Shown here: piece by piece, positions 40,950-54,313 of the stretch | How the letters are laid out: every line of letters starts with the position of its first letter | How positions within the stretch are numbered: the first letter of the stretch is position 1 | Assembly: GCF_009914755.1 (NCBI RefSeq) | Contig: NC_060933.1 | Source: the human T2T-CHM13v2.0 reference genome, Homo sapiens | DNA: 64,000 nucleotides | Strand: one strand, 5' to 3' | Notes under the pieces: generated by a model | The model's database searches: none | What the model was told of the DNA's origin: nothing | The model's input: only the letters and a program-made list of their open reading frames with translations | Made by a program: the position numbers and the translations under genes

Positions 40950-41160
40950 CAGGAATATTGGCTTTGGAACCAGGCAGATCAAGACCTGAGACCTGGCTCT
41001 GCTATTAATCTGCTGTGTCTCTTTGGAGAAGTTTCCTCTCTTCTCAGCTTTTCAGTTTTCACAGCTATAAAATGGGGATAAAAGGTTTTTATATTGATTA
41101 TAAGAAACATTCCTAATATGGGTACTAGCACATTGCTTGGCTTTCAATAAAAGACAACAG
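40950..41160 (+). mobile_element. MIR SINE
   Basis: ggctttggaaccaggcaga...cctggctctgctattaatctgctgtgt...tcagttttcacagctataaaatggggata. Confidence 0.7.
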
Positions 41161-41715
41161 TTAGTTTTCTTTAATTCCAAATGTTGAATAGATGCAAGAA
41201 CACAAAGGTAAAAAGGATGCATACCTAGTCCTCTGGGTGCTCACCATGTAGTAAATGAGATGCTGTGTTACCTGATTGCTATAATAAAGGAGAGTGATTC
41301 TAGGTTCAAGTTGGAATACAGTATCACAAGCGTGCCTGTTACCCAAGTAGAAAGCTTGAAGTCATCTCAAGTTTTCTCCATCTTTTTCTTCCAACATGTA
41401 ATTATTCACTAAGTCCTACCACTTTTATCACTAAAATATTTCTTGATTTAAAAACTTTTATTTTTATGTCTGTCTTTACTACTCTTGCTCTTGTTTGGGA
41501 CCTAATTATCTCTATTCCAGCTTATTGAAGTTCCCCCCAACTGATATTTTCTAATCTTTCTTCACTTTAATTCACTTTTCAAACAACATATCTTTTTGAA
41601 ATAGCTCAAATTCTAACCAACATTTGAGTGTTTCATATCATCTCCTAAATAGGGTCTTATTGTTTGTCTCAGTAGTCAGGATCACCCATTTTTTTGTTCC
41701 AACCACCCTTTATAC

Positions 41716-41890
41716 CAGTGGTTCTCAACTGGAGGTGATTGTCACAACTTGGAAAGAGGGCTTGCTGCTGGCATTTAATGGGTAGAGGCCAAGGATGCTG
41801 CTTAACATTCTACAATGTACAGGGCAACTGCCTACAACATAGAATTATTCAGCCCAAAATGTCAGTCGTGCCAAAATTGAGAAAACTTTC
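41716..41890. mobile_element. MER20
   Basis: cagtggttctcaac...gggtagaggccaaggatgctgcttaacattctacaatgtacagg...gaattattcagcccaaaatgtca. Confidence 0.85.
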
Positions 41891-42614
41891 TTTCTTGCTG
41901 AGGTAATGGTCATGAAGAATAACCCAAGGGCCAGAGCAAGGTTGAAAACAGAAAAAGTAAATGCTAAGTTGTTATTGCCACTCAATCAATGGGAGGCCTA
42001 GAGAAAGCAAGGTGGACTATAGACCAGAATGAGAGGTTCAAGACTGAGTGTGCCTTTCTTTTATATCATTTACTACACATGGAGAAAATGAGCATAAGTA
42101 ATAAGGAAGATGGGTTGTAATGGACAGCTGGGTGTCAAACAACCTTCACAGGAACACTGGGACAATTCAGATGTGGGGTGATCATTTTGGGTCGAAACTG
42201 GGAAGATGGAAAAGGAGAGAATGTTATATTTTTTCTAAGATGCCTGCATTTTAAATTTTTGTCAAGAAAGTACACCTTGTAAACAGTAACCATCTCTCTC
42301 AGAGGTCAGAACAGAGATCTACATTAAGTAAATGAAAAAAATGTATAACACAATTTCTGAAACTACAAATTTATAACATCAAAATAATTCAAGTAACAGA
42401 AATTCAACAAAAATAATGATGATAATATTAACAGTTAGGATAGTGGTTTTGATTAATATATCACCTTTAACATGAAGAGTTTGATGAAATGAAAAAATTC
42501 AAGTTAAGTTTCTATAGTGATGTAAGACATTGTGTGATAAAACCTTTAGTGGTGCTATTTTCAGACAAAATATAAATGTCTAAGGTTCCAGATGTAAAGC
42601 AGTGCAAAGTTTTC

Positions 42615-42615
<1 letters not shown>

Positions 42616-42658
<43 letters not shown>

Positions 42659-42660
42659 TT
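42616..42660. repeat. (TTTA)n tetranucleotide microsatellite
   Basis: About 11 copies visible. Confidence 0.95.
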
Positions 42661-44299
42661 GCCAGAGGTCTCTGAATAAGAGATAATTTGAAGGAAGAAT
42701 TTAATGACAAGATTTATGCGAAGAATATACAGGCGCGCACCTTCTCGATATGAAAATAAGCAGAGCTGAATTTCTTAGGTGGCTGTGGCTGATTTGTACT
42801 TGCATTAGGACCTCTGTAAAGTGACATGTATAATTCATCACAAATATTATTATTAATATATCTTAATATAGAAGATGAATCGTTGTGTAACTAAATTGCA
42901 TCCTGCTTCAGCTGTTACCTAATTAAAAAACTGAGACCAACAGTCAGAGAGAAATATTAATGGCATGCAATTTGGTTTAAATCTTAGTTCACAAAGAGAT
43001 CTCAAAAATAATTGTATGTTTTGCCATGAGGAATACCTGTTATGCAAAACCATTTTCCTACCAATTCCCTTGCTCCCCAGAACAAATGAATGACTGCTCC
43101 ATATTTACCTGTTTATTTTATCTCAGGTTGTCAATAAGACCATTAGACAACATTCAGCTTTAGAGACTGAGAAGGAACAGAAAAGATAAAACTGTAATTA
43201 CAGGGTGAAATAAGGAATTTATTTTTAACCTCATGGAGGATTGGACTTTAGTGAGACATGATTTTAAGTCTGGAATGAAAGATTTGCAGTACGGAAAAAT
43301 AGTTGAATGTGATCACTAACGCAATCTTGTTTTTAACAGGATGCTTTCTAAATGACCATAGCTTACTTCCGTGTAATACTGAGCAGTTGATATGTGAGGA
43401 CTTATAAGTGGGTTATTTCGTTTGATCTTCACTGCAACCGTGACATAAGCAGAGCAGGAGGCACCATTCCCATTTTACAGATTAGGGAAAAAAATTGTTC
43501 ACAAAATACAAACGGTTTCTTTGAAGTCACACACAAAGTACCCTACCTCTTATCTAAACTGGGATTCTGGGGGACACTAAGATGGTCATTATTGTCACTT
43601 CTAAAATCAATATACTAAAACAATTTCTAAAAGCATGTTAAATTAAGAAAGTGATGTATTATTTATATAGTTTCTGAATCTATTATTTGATCCTCATAAT
43701 AATCCTCCAAGCTAAGTAATATTATTTCTAATTTAAAGATAAAGATATTAATGATCAAAAACATTATGAGACTTACTCAAGATCACCATTTTGGGGGCAT
43801 GGCTGAAACTCAAGCCCATGTGTTCTGAGCATAAATTCAATAAGGTTCTATTATTCTTATTCTGAAATGTAGCTACAGTGTCAGTGGATGCCAAATTCCT
43901 AAGACTGTTTAACTTCCAATAAGACACTTGGAACTCCAAAGTAAAGAACCAGATAAATGTATGTGTCATATTGAAGTTCCAAGTACTGCCAGGGATAGGA
44001 AAAATACTTCTTTTTTGGTAAGTCTGCCTTTCCCAGTGTCCTAAGCCTTAGTGTGTGTGGGCAGCTCTCAACTCTGCCTAGGATATCCTGTTGAGGAAAC
44101 TGACCAATCTGATTCCCTATACAAATGGAAAGAAATACAAGAAAATAAACATGCAAAACAAACGGCCAATTAACTCTTTTCTGAGAGATTGAAGCAAGGA
44201 AGATGCTCAAAAAAAGTAATTTATTATTTTAAATGTAGCTGTGTGCCTTTAAATGCAATCTGTAATGACTTATGACTCCAGCGACCCATCTTGATTACT

Positions 44300-44392
44300 G
44301 CCTGTTGCCATTCATTATCACCATGGAAACAGCACTGTTGCCAGCTGTGTGCTTGGTGGTGGAGTGGAGGCGATGCTGTTGGCTAAGGACAA
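44300..44392. promoter_or_regulatory. Candidate RFX X-box cluster
   Basis: ATCACCATGGAAAC (reverse complement GTTTCCATGGTGAT) at 44317-44330; GTTGCCA at 44304 and 44337; GTTGGCTAAGGAC at 44378-44390; non-repetitive context. Confidence 0.4.
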
Positions 44393-45809
44393 GAGGCTAG
44401 TACCTGTGGGGTTCTGGATTTGCAGGAGTTTTTTTAGGGAAGAAGAGAAAAATTGGGAGGACATGGTGCCCTCCCTCCTGCAGCAAGCCCCTAGGTGGGG
44501 TATGATTCAGAAAGAAACACCGGAACAGATGGTCTCAGTGCCCTTATCTCTCTCTGGAAACAAGACAAGATGAGATCAGAAACATTCCAGTCTGGGAGAT
44601 AATCCACCGGGCAGCAGAAGGCATGAGGAAGGGGCAAACTGTGTGCAAATTTCATTAACACAATTTCTCATGGAGGCTCTTCAAGCATGTGAGCCAATCT
44701 TCTCAGCTGCCTCAACCCTAAGCTTCTAGTATATGAAAGCTCCAAGGGTGATCTGCGAAATCCATCTAGCCTCTCTCCACCTGACTTCGTCTCAATTTCA
44801 TCCCTATCTTCCCTCTAATTTAGTTTTCAAACCCTCTCTTCACTCCTTCCTATATATGCCCCTTAGTCTTTTATACCTGCCTGCTTTCTCTTGTCTTCCC
44901 TTTCATATCTAATTAATGATACTAACATGATAGAGTAGGGTGGGAAAACGACATAATCCATTACAATATCCTCTTGTCACAGATGTGAAAACTGACATCC
45001 AGAGTGGTTTCAAGAACTCCCCAAAACCACATGGTGAGTTCTCAGCAGAGTCAATACTGAAACCCAGGTCTCCAAATTTGCAGTCCAGTGTTTCTTCTAG
45101 CAGAGTGCTGCTCTATCATATTCTCTCTTCACTTCTGAGACTAATTTCCTGCTACACAGAAGTACAGACAAATTTCAGTTCTCCAGGCCAGTTTGATTTA
45201 TCCTTGCTTTCATGGAGCATTTCTCTCTGCAGAACTTGGTTTGCTGCAGAGACAGAAGATTCATCCTTATGAGATATTCTGGAGGGAAGGGAGAGGGGAC
45301 AAGATGGTTTAGTCATCTTTCCACTTTAGTTAGAGTGAGTATTAAAAGTACCTGGACACAATATAGCTCTAAATGGGTATACGAAAAAGTGCTAGGAAAA
45401 TAAGAATGTTATGACTTTGCACTGCTAAACTCTGCTTGGGCTCCAGGCTGTTGGGGGAATGAGAGACATCATCTCTGAGTTTGCTACAAAAGTGTTTCAC
45501 ACAAACATCATTTGGTTAGCAAATAGATTTTTACACATGACATTACATTCAACGTCTGAGATCTCTGAAGAATGCCTGCAGTCAATGTCTGATGTTAAAA
45601 TAGAGGCAGGTTGATAAATTTAATAACATACATTCAGAACTTGAAGACTATTGATCTGGGCCTCAGTCCTGACTCTGCAGCTGAGGTATCTACAAAGCTG
45701 TGATTGAGCCCCTTTGCCTTAACCTCCATGCCTTTGTTTGGACATCAGATTGTATTATAGGACAGACATTTCCCCTAAAAGGCCTTCTCAACTTCAGTCT
45801 AATGGTAAT

Positions 45810-46060
45810 GATAATTGCAGAGGCAGGAATTGTCACCGTTTATCGACCCTTACTATGTGCCTAGGGATTTTGCAGACATTATTATCTCATTAATGCTTAC
45901 AACTGCCCACATAGATAAGTATTGCTATCCCATATTAGAAATAAGGATATAAATTCAAAGAAGTTAAGAAACTTGCCTAGGGTCATTATGTTCTAATTTA
46001 AACAGCAGAGCTAGGATTCATATTCCGGTCTGTAAGACCAACACCACTTCACCAAATGAT
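45810..46060 (-). mobile_element. MIR SINE
   Basis: ttactatgtgcctaggg...tatctcattaatgcttacaac...aagttaagaaacttgcctagggtca...agagctaggattca. Confidence 0.75.
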
Positions 46061-46082
46061 AATGTCTTTGAACGTTCTATGA

Positions 46083-46405
<323 letters not shown>

Positions 46406-46429
46406 TATCCTCTCTGACTTCTTAAAAGC

Positions 46430-46970
46430 CATACATTCATTTACTCCATGGGTATTTATTGGGTGACTAACATAGACAACTTGTTAAGGAGTTGGGGATA
46501 CGGTGATTTCAAAAAAATGAAGCTTCTACACTCCTGAAGATCACAGTCTATTTTATGTATATGGGGAAAACAGATGGTATTCAAGTAAACCAATAAATAT
46601 CCATGTATCTTTAGATAGAGATCAATGCTCTGAAGAAAACAAATGGAATGGCATAATAAAGCCATTTTAGATGGCTTTCATAAGCTAGTGACATTTAGGC
46701 TGAAAATGGAAATATAAGGATGAATCAGCCTTCCAAAGAGCTGGGGGAGGAGGTATCAGGTAGGGAACAACAAGGGCAGAGTTACCAGGAGGGAAAGAGT
46801 TTGACATGTTTAAAGAACAGCAAGTAGGATGGAGATAAAGGGAAGATATATCTTAGTGAGCAAAAAAAGACAACGGCAAGTGATGAAGTCAGAGGTAGAC
46901 AGGAGGCACTGTAAAGTCACTGGGCTCCATTATAAGTGTGAGAAGACATCAAAAGGATTTAAACATATAT
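46430..46970 (-). mobile_element. L2 fragment
   Basis: cattcatttactc...gtatttattg...gtgacatttaggctga...tttgacatgtttaaagaacagcaag. Confidence 0.6.
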
Positions 46971-47247
46971 AACCAGGATGAATATATGTGAATATACACT
47001 CTCTGGAGTATAAATATAAAACGGTTTTAATTCCTTCATCAGCTACCTCAACTACACTTCGCGGAAGTTTCATTAACAATGTCGTGGTCTTGTTCCTTTA
47101 CTTCTAAGGTTGTTCAGATATTAAAGTGTTCTAGATATTATATTTAACTCTTAGTCTTAGTCATTTTAATATCATTCTCAGTCTCACTTTGAGGTTTATT
47201 CCTTCTTGCCTTCTCAGTATAGACCACATTTGTCTAAGGTTTTAGTG

Positions 47248-47563
47248 TAGGCATCTACAAAGGCTTTCTTAAAAAAACCCAGATAGTAGACATTTTAGGC
47301 TTTGCAGGCCAAATGTTCTCTGTCACAACTCCTCGACTCTGCCGTTGTAGTGTGAAAGCAGTCATAGACAATACATAAATGAATGAGCATGGCTGTGTTC
47401 CAATAATACTTTATTTACACATACTAAAATTTGAATTTTCTAAAATGTTCTCATATTAAAAAACTTTATTCTTCTTTTGATTTGTTTTTTTCCTAACTTG
47501 TCTCACAGATCAAACAGAAACAGGCAGGATTTGGCCCACAAGTTATAATCTCCAGATTCCTGC
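47248..47563. mobile_element. MER58B-like
   Basis: ccagatagtagacattttaggctttgcaggcca...actctgccgttgtagtgtgaaagcagtcatagacaatac...ggctgtgttccaataa. Confidence 0.8.
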
Positions 47564-47695
47564 TCCAGTGGCATGGAGTTAGAGGAGCTGTATGGGGTAT
47601 GGTCCACTTTTTATACAATTTACCTCTCCCCTATTTTCTTGTCTCTCATCTGGTGAGCAGAGCCAGGGCAGATTGACGTCTTCTATATACCTGTC

Positions 47696-48149
47696 TCTTT
47701 TAGACCGTTTTTATGTCGCTAAAAAGAAACACCTGAGACTGGGTAATTTATAAAGAAAAGAGGTTTAATTGGTTCACAGTTCTGCAGGCTGTACAGGAAG
47801 CATGGTGCTGGCATCTGATCAGCTTCTGGCAAGGCCTCAGGGAGCTTTCAATCATGGCAGAGGGCAAAGGGGTAGCAGGCATGTAACTTGGCAAGAGCAG
47901 GAGCAAGTGAGAGAGAGAGAGAGAGTCGGGGAGGAGGTACTATGCTCTTTTAAACAACCGGATCTCATAAGAACTCAGAGCGAGAACTCACTCATCACCA
48001 ACAGGATGGTGCTAAGCCATTTCTGAAGGATCTGTCCTCATTTATGAAGGATCCACTCTCATCCACACCTCCCACCAAGCCCCATGTAAAACATTGGGAA
48101 TTACATTTCTACATGAGATTTAGATGGGACAAACATCCAAACTATATCA
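47696..48149 (-). mobile_element. Solo MaLR LTR (MSTA/MSTB-like)
   Basis: cctgagactgggtaatttataaagaaaagaggtttaattgg.tcacagttctgcaggctgtacaggaagcatgg...acatccaaactatatca. Confidence 0.9.
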
Positions 48150-48289
48150 AAGCCCATGGTTTGTTTGTCTGTTCTCACTGTTGGTTGTCAGCATTTCTCT
48201 GGCTGACATTGAGTGGGAGTAGTAGAAACTGTGAATGTCTCATCATTATTCTCTCAGCCTTTTTCTTTCTTATGTAAGTTGGCTGACTT

Positions 48290-48680
48290 CCAGCTGCAGC
48301 ACCTATATCCTTTTGTTGAGGTCTTTCTCTGGCTGCTAGATCCTACTGTTTGTATGCAGTAGTAGGTTGAAAGTTCTGGAAAATTAATATTCTGCAGGTG
48401 CAGCTCTCAAGCAATGATTGACAGCAGTGAGTAGATAAAACTTTCAGCTTTCTTTCTTCATGAATAATCCTAAGATGTGTGTTCCACATTGGCCCCAGTG
48501 CTCCCCAGAAGGATGTAGCCCCAGCTGTCCTCAGTGGTGACTTGTTTGATAGCACATTTTTATTGGTTACTTTTCTATCACTGTTTTACTTCCTCACTCC
48601 AGTAGGTTCACTTCTCTAATAAACATCTTGAACTTGAATCATTTTCTTAGGGTCTGCTTCTAGGGAAAGTAAAACCAATA
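48290..48680 (+). mobile_element. LTR16-like ERVL LTR
   Basis: ctccccagaaggatgtagccccagctgtcc...aataaacatcttgaacttgaatcattttcttagggtctgcttctaggg. Confidence 0.6.
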
Positions 48681-50420
48681 AAATAGGTATGTGGATAGAC
48701 TCTCTGTCAGCTAGTGTCCAATGTTAGGTCCCTTTTGGGGCATGTGATGGGAGCCTTAGAAGTCTTTCTGTAAATAGTTAGAGGTTTGTGTTGTCTTCAA
48801 TTGCCTGAAATTTATCACAGAGAGATAGAAATTTTGACTTAAATGCATGTGTCTCTAAAGGGCAGATGTAGGATCATCAAAGGAAAGGTATGGAAAGGTA
48901 TAGCTCAGAAAAGGAAGGGAGTTTTCATAGTCATATTCATCATGAATTAGATTGGTTTACCTTATGAGTCAGTGAGCGCCTAATCAGTGGATGTATCCAA
49001 ATAAAATTCCACTGGCAACTTCTTAGTAGGAATGCTAAATAGAATCCAATCTTCCGACTGAGGTTATACCGGCATATGCTTTAAGATTCCTTCACATTCT
49101 TGCAGTCTTGAATCTTGAGATTAAATATAGAAATCTTAAAGTACTGAGAAAGGCAAACAAACCAAATGTCAGGAATTGATTTATCACAGAGAATAATCCT
49201 TATTTAAGTTGTGATGACTGAGTTTAGGAAATTGTTTCTTACCCAAAACCTTATAACAGGTTTTAAAGGATAGTTTCCCGAGGGTTCTGAAATCATTGAT
49301 GTGGAGAACAGTGACTCATAGTCCAGCCTGACACATCCTCATACCTATAGAGAAATTGATCCAGACTTGGACAACTGTAAACTCCCTCAGGAAGAATTAT
49401 GGCACAATTATCTAGCTATCCGGTTGCTTTCTTTCCTTTTTTTAAGAGAAAACTGTGGGAAAAATAAAATGTTGTATTGCTCTTAAAATCATGACAAATA
49501 TTTATTGGGGTAATTCTCTAGTTATCACCACTAATTGCAAACCCTGATCACATTGTAAATCTTATTAGTCTCATACTTATTGAAGAAACTCATCTGACTT
49601 GGGTACTTGGTTAGTGGGTCTTTTTTATGCCCTAGAGAATGGTATTTTAAAATTTCACTTGGAAACTGGCAAGGGTGATGGAGATTAGAGATTGGCCAGA
49701 AAATGCCAGAAAGAGAATGAATCATTTAGAATCTTAAGCAATGGAATTAGGGACATTTTCAGAGACTTTTAGAACAAAAGCTTGTGATTCAGTGTTGTGC
49801 AGAGGACAAATGGAATTAGCACATAAGTCATTGTCAGCTGATCAGCATTTTTGTCTTGATTCTGTTCCTATTTCACCAAGTAATAATAGATAAGTCAGTT
49901 CTTTTCACTGAACTTTATTTTTTTTAATCTGTGAAGTTAAGGAATTAGACTAGTGATCACTAAGTTCTCTTCAGCTTTAAAATGGTGTGATTCAGAGTTG
50001 TATGTATTATTATCATTTTCCAAAGCAATTTTCCTAGACATTCAGTTAATAATATAAGATGAATACACACATGATGACTACACACACACACATACACACA
50101 CTCACAGAGTGAGATGCCATCTTAAAAAGGAAGTAGAGTGACTGGACGGGCACCACCAAGGAACCAGAAGAGATCTATCCATGTGGGTGTTTAAATCCTC
50201 TAAATTACAGTTGGCAAGAGATAAATGAGGAGTAAGAGTGTCTTAAATCATAGAAAATGCATTTCTTGGGAAACTAAGTGGCAGATCACTATGGGTTACA
50301 TTCTTCTTGCATTTGCCTATCTTTATTAAGAGATGAAATTAGCCCAAGAAAGTTCTAGCCGAAGACAGAAGGGGGCAGTATCAGCTTTCATGTATACACT
50401 AAAGGGAAACAAAGTTGGAT

Positions 50421-50578
50421 CAGGTGTGCTGATAAATGTTTAACAACAGGCTTTCCAGGTAGAAAAAGCCCCTATATGACATTCCTGATGACCTGGGAAA
50501 ATACCACCAAAGTGGAGATGGAAATAAGTGTGTACAACTAGCTCTTGTGATCCGGTATGAACTGACTGCGGTGCACTG
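50421..50578. mobile_element. MER63-like hAT element
   Basis: ggtgtgctgataaatgtttaacaacaggct...caactagctcttgtgatccggtatga. Confidence 0.6.
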
Positions 50579-50981
50579 GTTGTATGTAAAGGAAACATTA
50601 TTTAGAAAGTAAATATTTTGATTTTCATTTTCAGCAATGGAAACAGAGGCTTAGCAGGATGGACATCTTGATTAATTTTATACAGCTAGACCATGAGGGA
50701 GACAGAAGATTAAGAATAGCAGTTATACATGCCAACCTCTGCATTAGCTTTAATCCTGATTCAAGTGTTGAGATTCCAAGTCTCATATTCTTCCTGTTAA
50801 TGCCTGTGGTAACCTTTAGGTAGTTACCTCTGGTTGTTTTCATTCCCTTTCCTGGGAGGCATAATCAGAGTGTTCCTGTTTTCAATGTCATTAAGCTTCA
50901 AGAGGACCTGAAAAATTTATTAATCTTCTCAGCCAAGAGTCTGAACCAATTGAGAAATAAGTCAAAGAAAGAAAACAAACA

Positions 50982-51363
<382 letters not shown>

Positions 51364-51637
51364 TCATGTCGAATCCCAGGATTAGACAGACTTAGAAATC
51401 CAGTGACAGATTATGTCAGGCTAAGACAGGCCTTTCCTTGTTGACATTTATGGCATTGAAGAGCAGAGAAGAGCATGTCCCCCCTGGAAGCAGTTCTTCC
51501 ACAACTGGCAGAGAGAAATGGAGAGGTTGTTTATTTCTGGATCTTCTTCCTAAACTCAAAAATCAAATAAGTCACTCCACTTCCCTTTGTATAAAAATAA
51601 ACCTCAATCTTTCTTAAAAAAAAAAAAAACAGAAGAG

Positions 51638-51957
51638 AGCTAGGCCTGGTGGCTAAAGCCTATAATCCTACTTTGTAAGGCCCAGGTGGGAAGATTGCTT
51701 GAGGCCAGGAATTACAGACCAGCCTGGGCAACATGATGAGATCCCATCTCTACAATTTTTTTTTTTTAATTAGATGGGCATGGTAATGTGTGCCTATAGT
51801 CTCATCTACTCAGGAGGGTAAGGTGGGAGGATCACTTGAATGCAGAAGGTCAAAGCAGCTGTAGACCTGTAGACAGCCATGATGACACCACTGCACTCAG
51901 CCTGGGCAACAGAATAAGATCCTGTCTCTCAAAAAAAAAAAAAAAAAAAAAAAAAAA
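51638..51957 (+). mobile_element. AluJ with T-rich central linker, within an L1 ORF2 fragment (about 51590-52270)
   Basis: agattgcttgaggccagg; linker ctacaattttttttttttaattag; L1 resumes accagtattaccctgataccaaagc. Confidence 0.88.
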
Positions 51958-53863
51958 GACAATTCATTCCACAAGACCAGTATTACCCTGATACCAAAGC
52001 GTAACAAAGACATTACACACAAAAAAAGAGAGGCTAATATCCCTTAAGAATACAGATGCAAAATTCCTCGACAAAATATTAGCAAACTGAATCCAGGAGC
52101 ACATAAAAAGGATTACAAAACAAGTGGTATTAATCCCAGGAATGCAAGGTTGGTTCAACCCCACACCATAATCTCAATAGATGCAGAAAAAATATTTGAC
52201 AAATGCAACACTTTTTTATGATGAATACACTCAATAAACTAGGAGAGGTGAAAGGCCATCCACGAAATGCAAGTGAAACTTCCTTCACATGGAGGAAATG
52301 GGGAAGATACCTCCTCCCTAAAAATTAAAAAAATGTGTAAATTTGGTCAATCAGCTGGATATTCTGATGCCTACTGAGTAGGAATGGCAACTGTTATGAC
52401 TGAGAAGAATGGAAGGAAAATTTTTGAAGCAGATCCGCATAGGTTGTGTGGCATAACAGAGTTATACAGATCTTGGATTGAAAAATGGCCTTATGGCTTA
52501 TCAGCTGTATGATTTAGGGGCATCTTAAACTCTGTGAGATTCAGTTTGGTCACTGGTAAAATGAATATAATAATATTTCCCACAGTTATTACAGAATCAG
52601 GGTTAATATTTGTAAAGAGTCTAGTGCATGTCAGGCTCAGACTAAGAACTTTGTAATGGTAGTTTCACTATTGTCAATAGTTGTGGAGGGCAGGGTGGTA
52701 GGATGGGAGGGGTAGTCAAGTTGGCTAAAGGGACATCCACTTAAAAAACCTAGTGGGACAACAATTAAAAGAGAAGAAGGGTCTCTCTGGCTTATTCTTA
52801 TGGCAATTTTTGCAATCCTGGGTAAATCATAAATTTGATTCTGGCTTTCACTTTCCTCATCTGTAAAATGGAACAAGTGAGTTAAAAGATCTTTGGAATC
52901 TCTCTTATCTCTAAAATTCAGTGACTCCATGAAGTAGAAGATGGCACAGAATGGAGGTGGGAGAATGTCAAGTGCGACCTTTTCAGTATACTTGTAGAAC
53001 GTGTTTGAATACAAGCTCCAGTTTGCTTCCACCAAAGCTTACAAGAAGAAAGAACATCAACACAATGACACACTTCTTTTTGGCTCTAAAAGGCTTCCAG
53101 ATTGTGTCTAATTTTAAACCACTTTCTGGAGACCAAAGAGATGCCTGAGGACAGCTTGACAATAAATCTTTCAGCACACATAACTCTTCTCTTTGTCATT
53201 TCAGTATGAGGAACATGAGCATTTCAAGTGTCCTCCTCCAGAGTTGTCAATCTGGCACCTGTCACTGGCCTCTGATTATGAAAGTATTTAATTTTTCCAA
53301 GACAAATTGGCAGAATGTCCAAAGAGAGGGAAGAAATGACACAGGGGAGATGGAAAATGCTGATTTGTGGGGAAGGCTTCTGCATGGCTCAGAATCCAAT
53401 AAACATTCTCAAAAGGAAGTCAAATCCAGTGGTTTCCTTCATATCAGTATCAGTAGCGTCACTGTGGACAAATTCAGTAATCATGTTAATAACCCATTGA
53501 ATGTCCTAGCCTCACAGTGCTCTAAGATTGTCTCCTGTAAGGACCTGTATTTTCACAAATTCTCTGTAGCCTCCCACATTCAAAGTCACAGTTAAGAAAT
53601 GGGTCACCTTATAGAAGTTTCAAGATTCTGCTTTCAAGATTTCAAACTCAGAAAGCCTTCTTTATAATCACAACCTTAAAAGAACTTTGATAGCTTCCCA
53701 CACCTATAGGATGATGTTCAAACCCTTATACTCAGAGATCAATTGTCATTTGTCTTCAACCTATTTTCCCTGCATTGAGACATTTCCATCACTCTGAACT
53801 AATCATGACTCCTGGCTGTATGTTCACCTTGTTCCGGAATCTCTTGTCTTAATATCTCTACTT

Positions 53864-54313
53864 CAGAGTTTCTCAACCTTAAAAGTAATTGAATTTTGGG
53901 TAAGGTCATTCTTTGTTGTGGGAGTTGCTTATAGATGGTAAAACCTTTTGAAGCCTCCCTGGTCTCACTAGATACTAATAGCACACCTCAAATTGTGACA
54001 ACAAAAAGTATCCCCTGGGAGGTAAAAATACTACTAATTCTTATTCATTCTATATAATTATATTTTTGTACCCACTGGATGACACAGTCAATAATAATTA
54101 ATTGTACATTTTAAAATAACTAAAAGAGTATAATTGAAACATTTGTAATACAAAGAACGGATAAATGCTTGAGGTGATGGATACCTCCTTTACTCTGATG
54201 TGATTATTATACATTGTATGCTTGTATCAAAAGATCCCATGTACCTCATGAACATAGGCACCCATATGTACCCATAAAAGTCTTTTAAAAATGCCCCTGA
54301 TTGAGAGCCACTG
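53864..54313. mobile_element. MER20 interrupted by an L1MA1/2-like 3' end (about 54040-54290)
   Basis: cagagtttctcaacct...ttgtgacaacaaaa...|L1: ttgtacattttaaaataactaaaagagtataattg...ataaatgcttgaggtgatggatacc|...gcccctgattgagagccactg. Confidence 0.7.
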
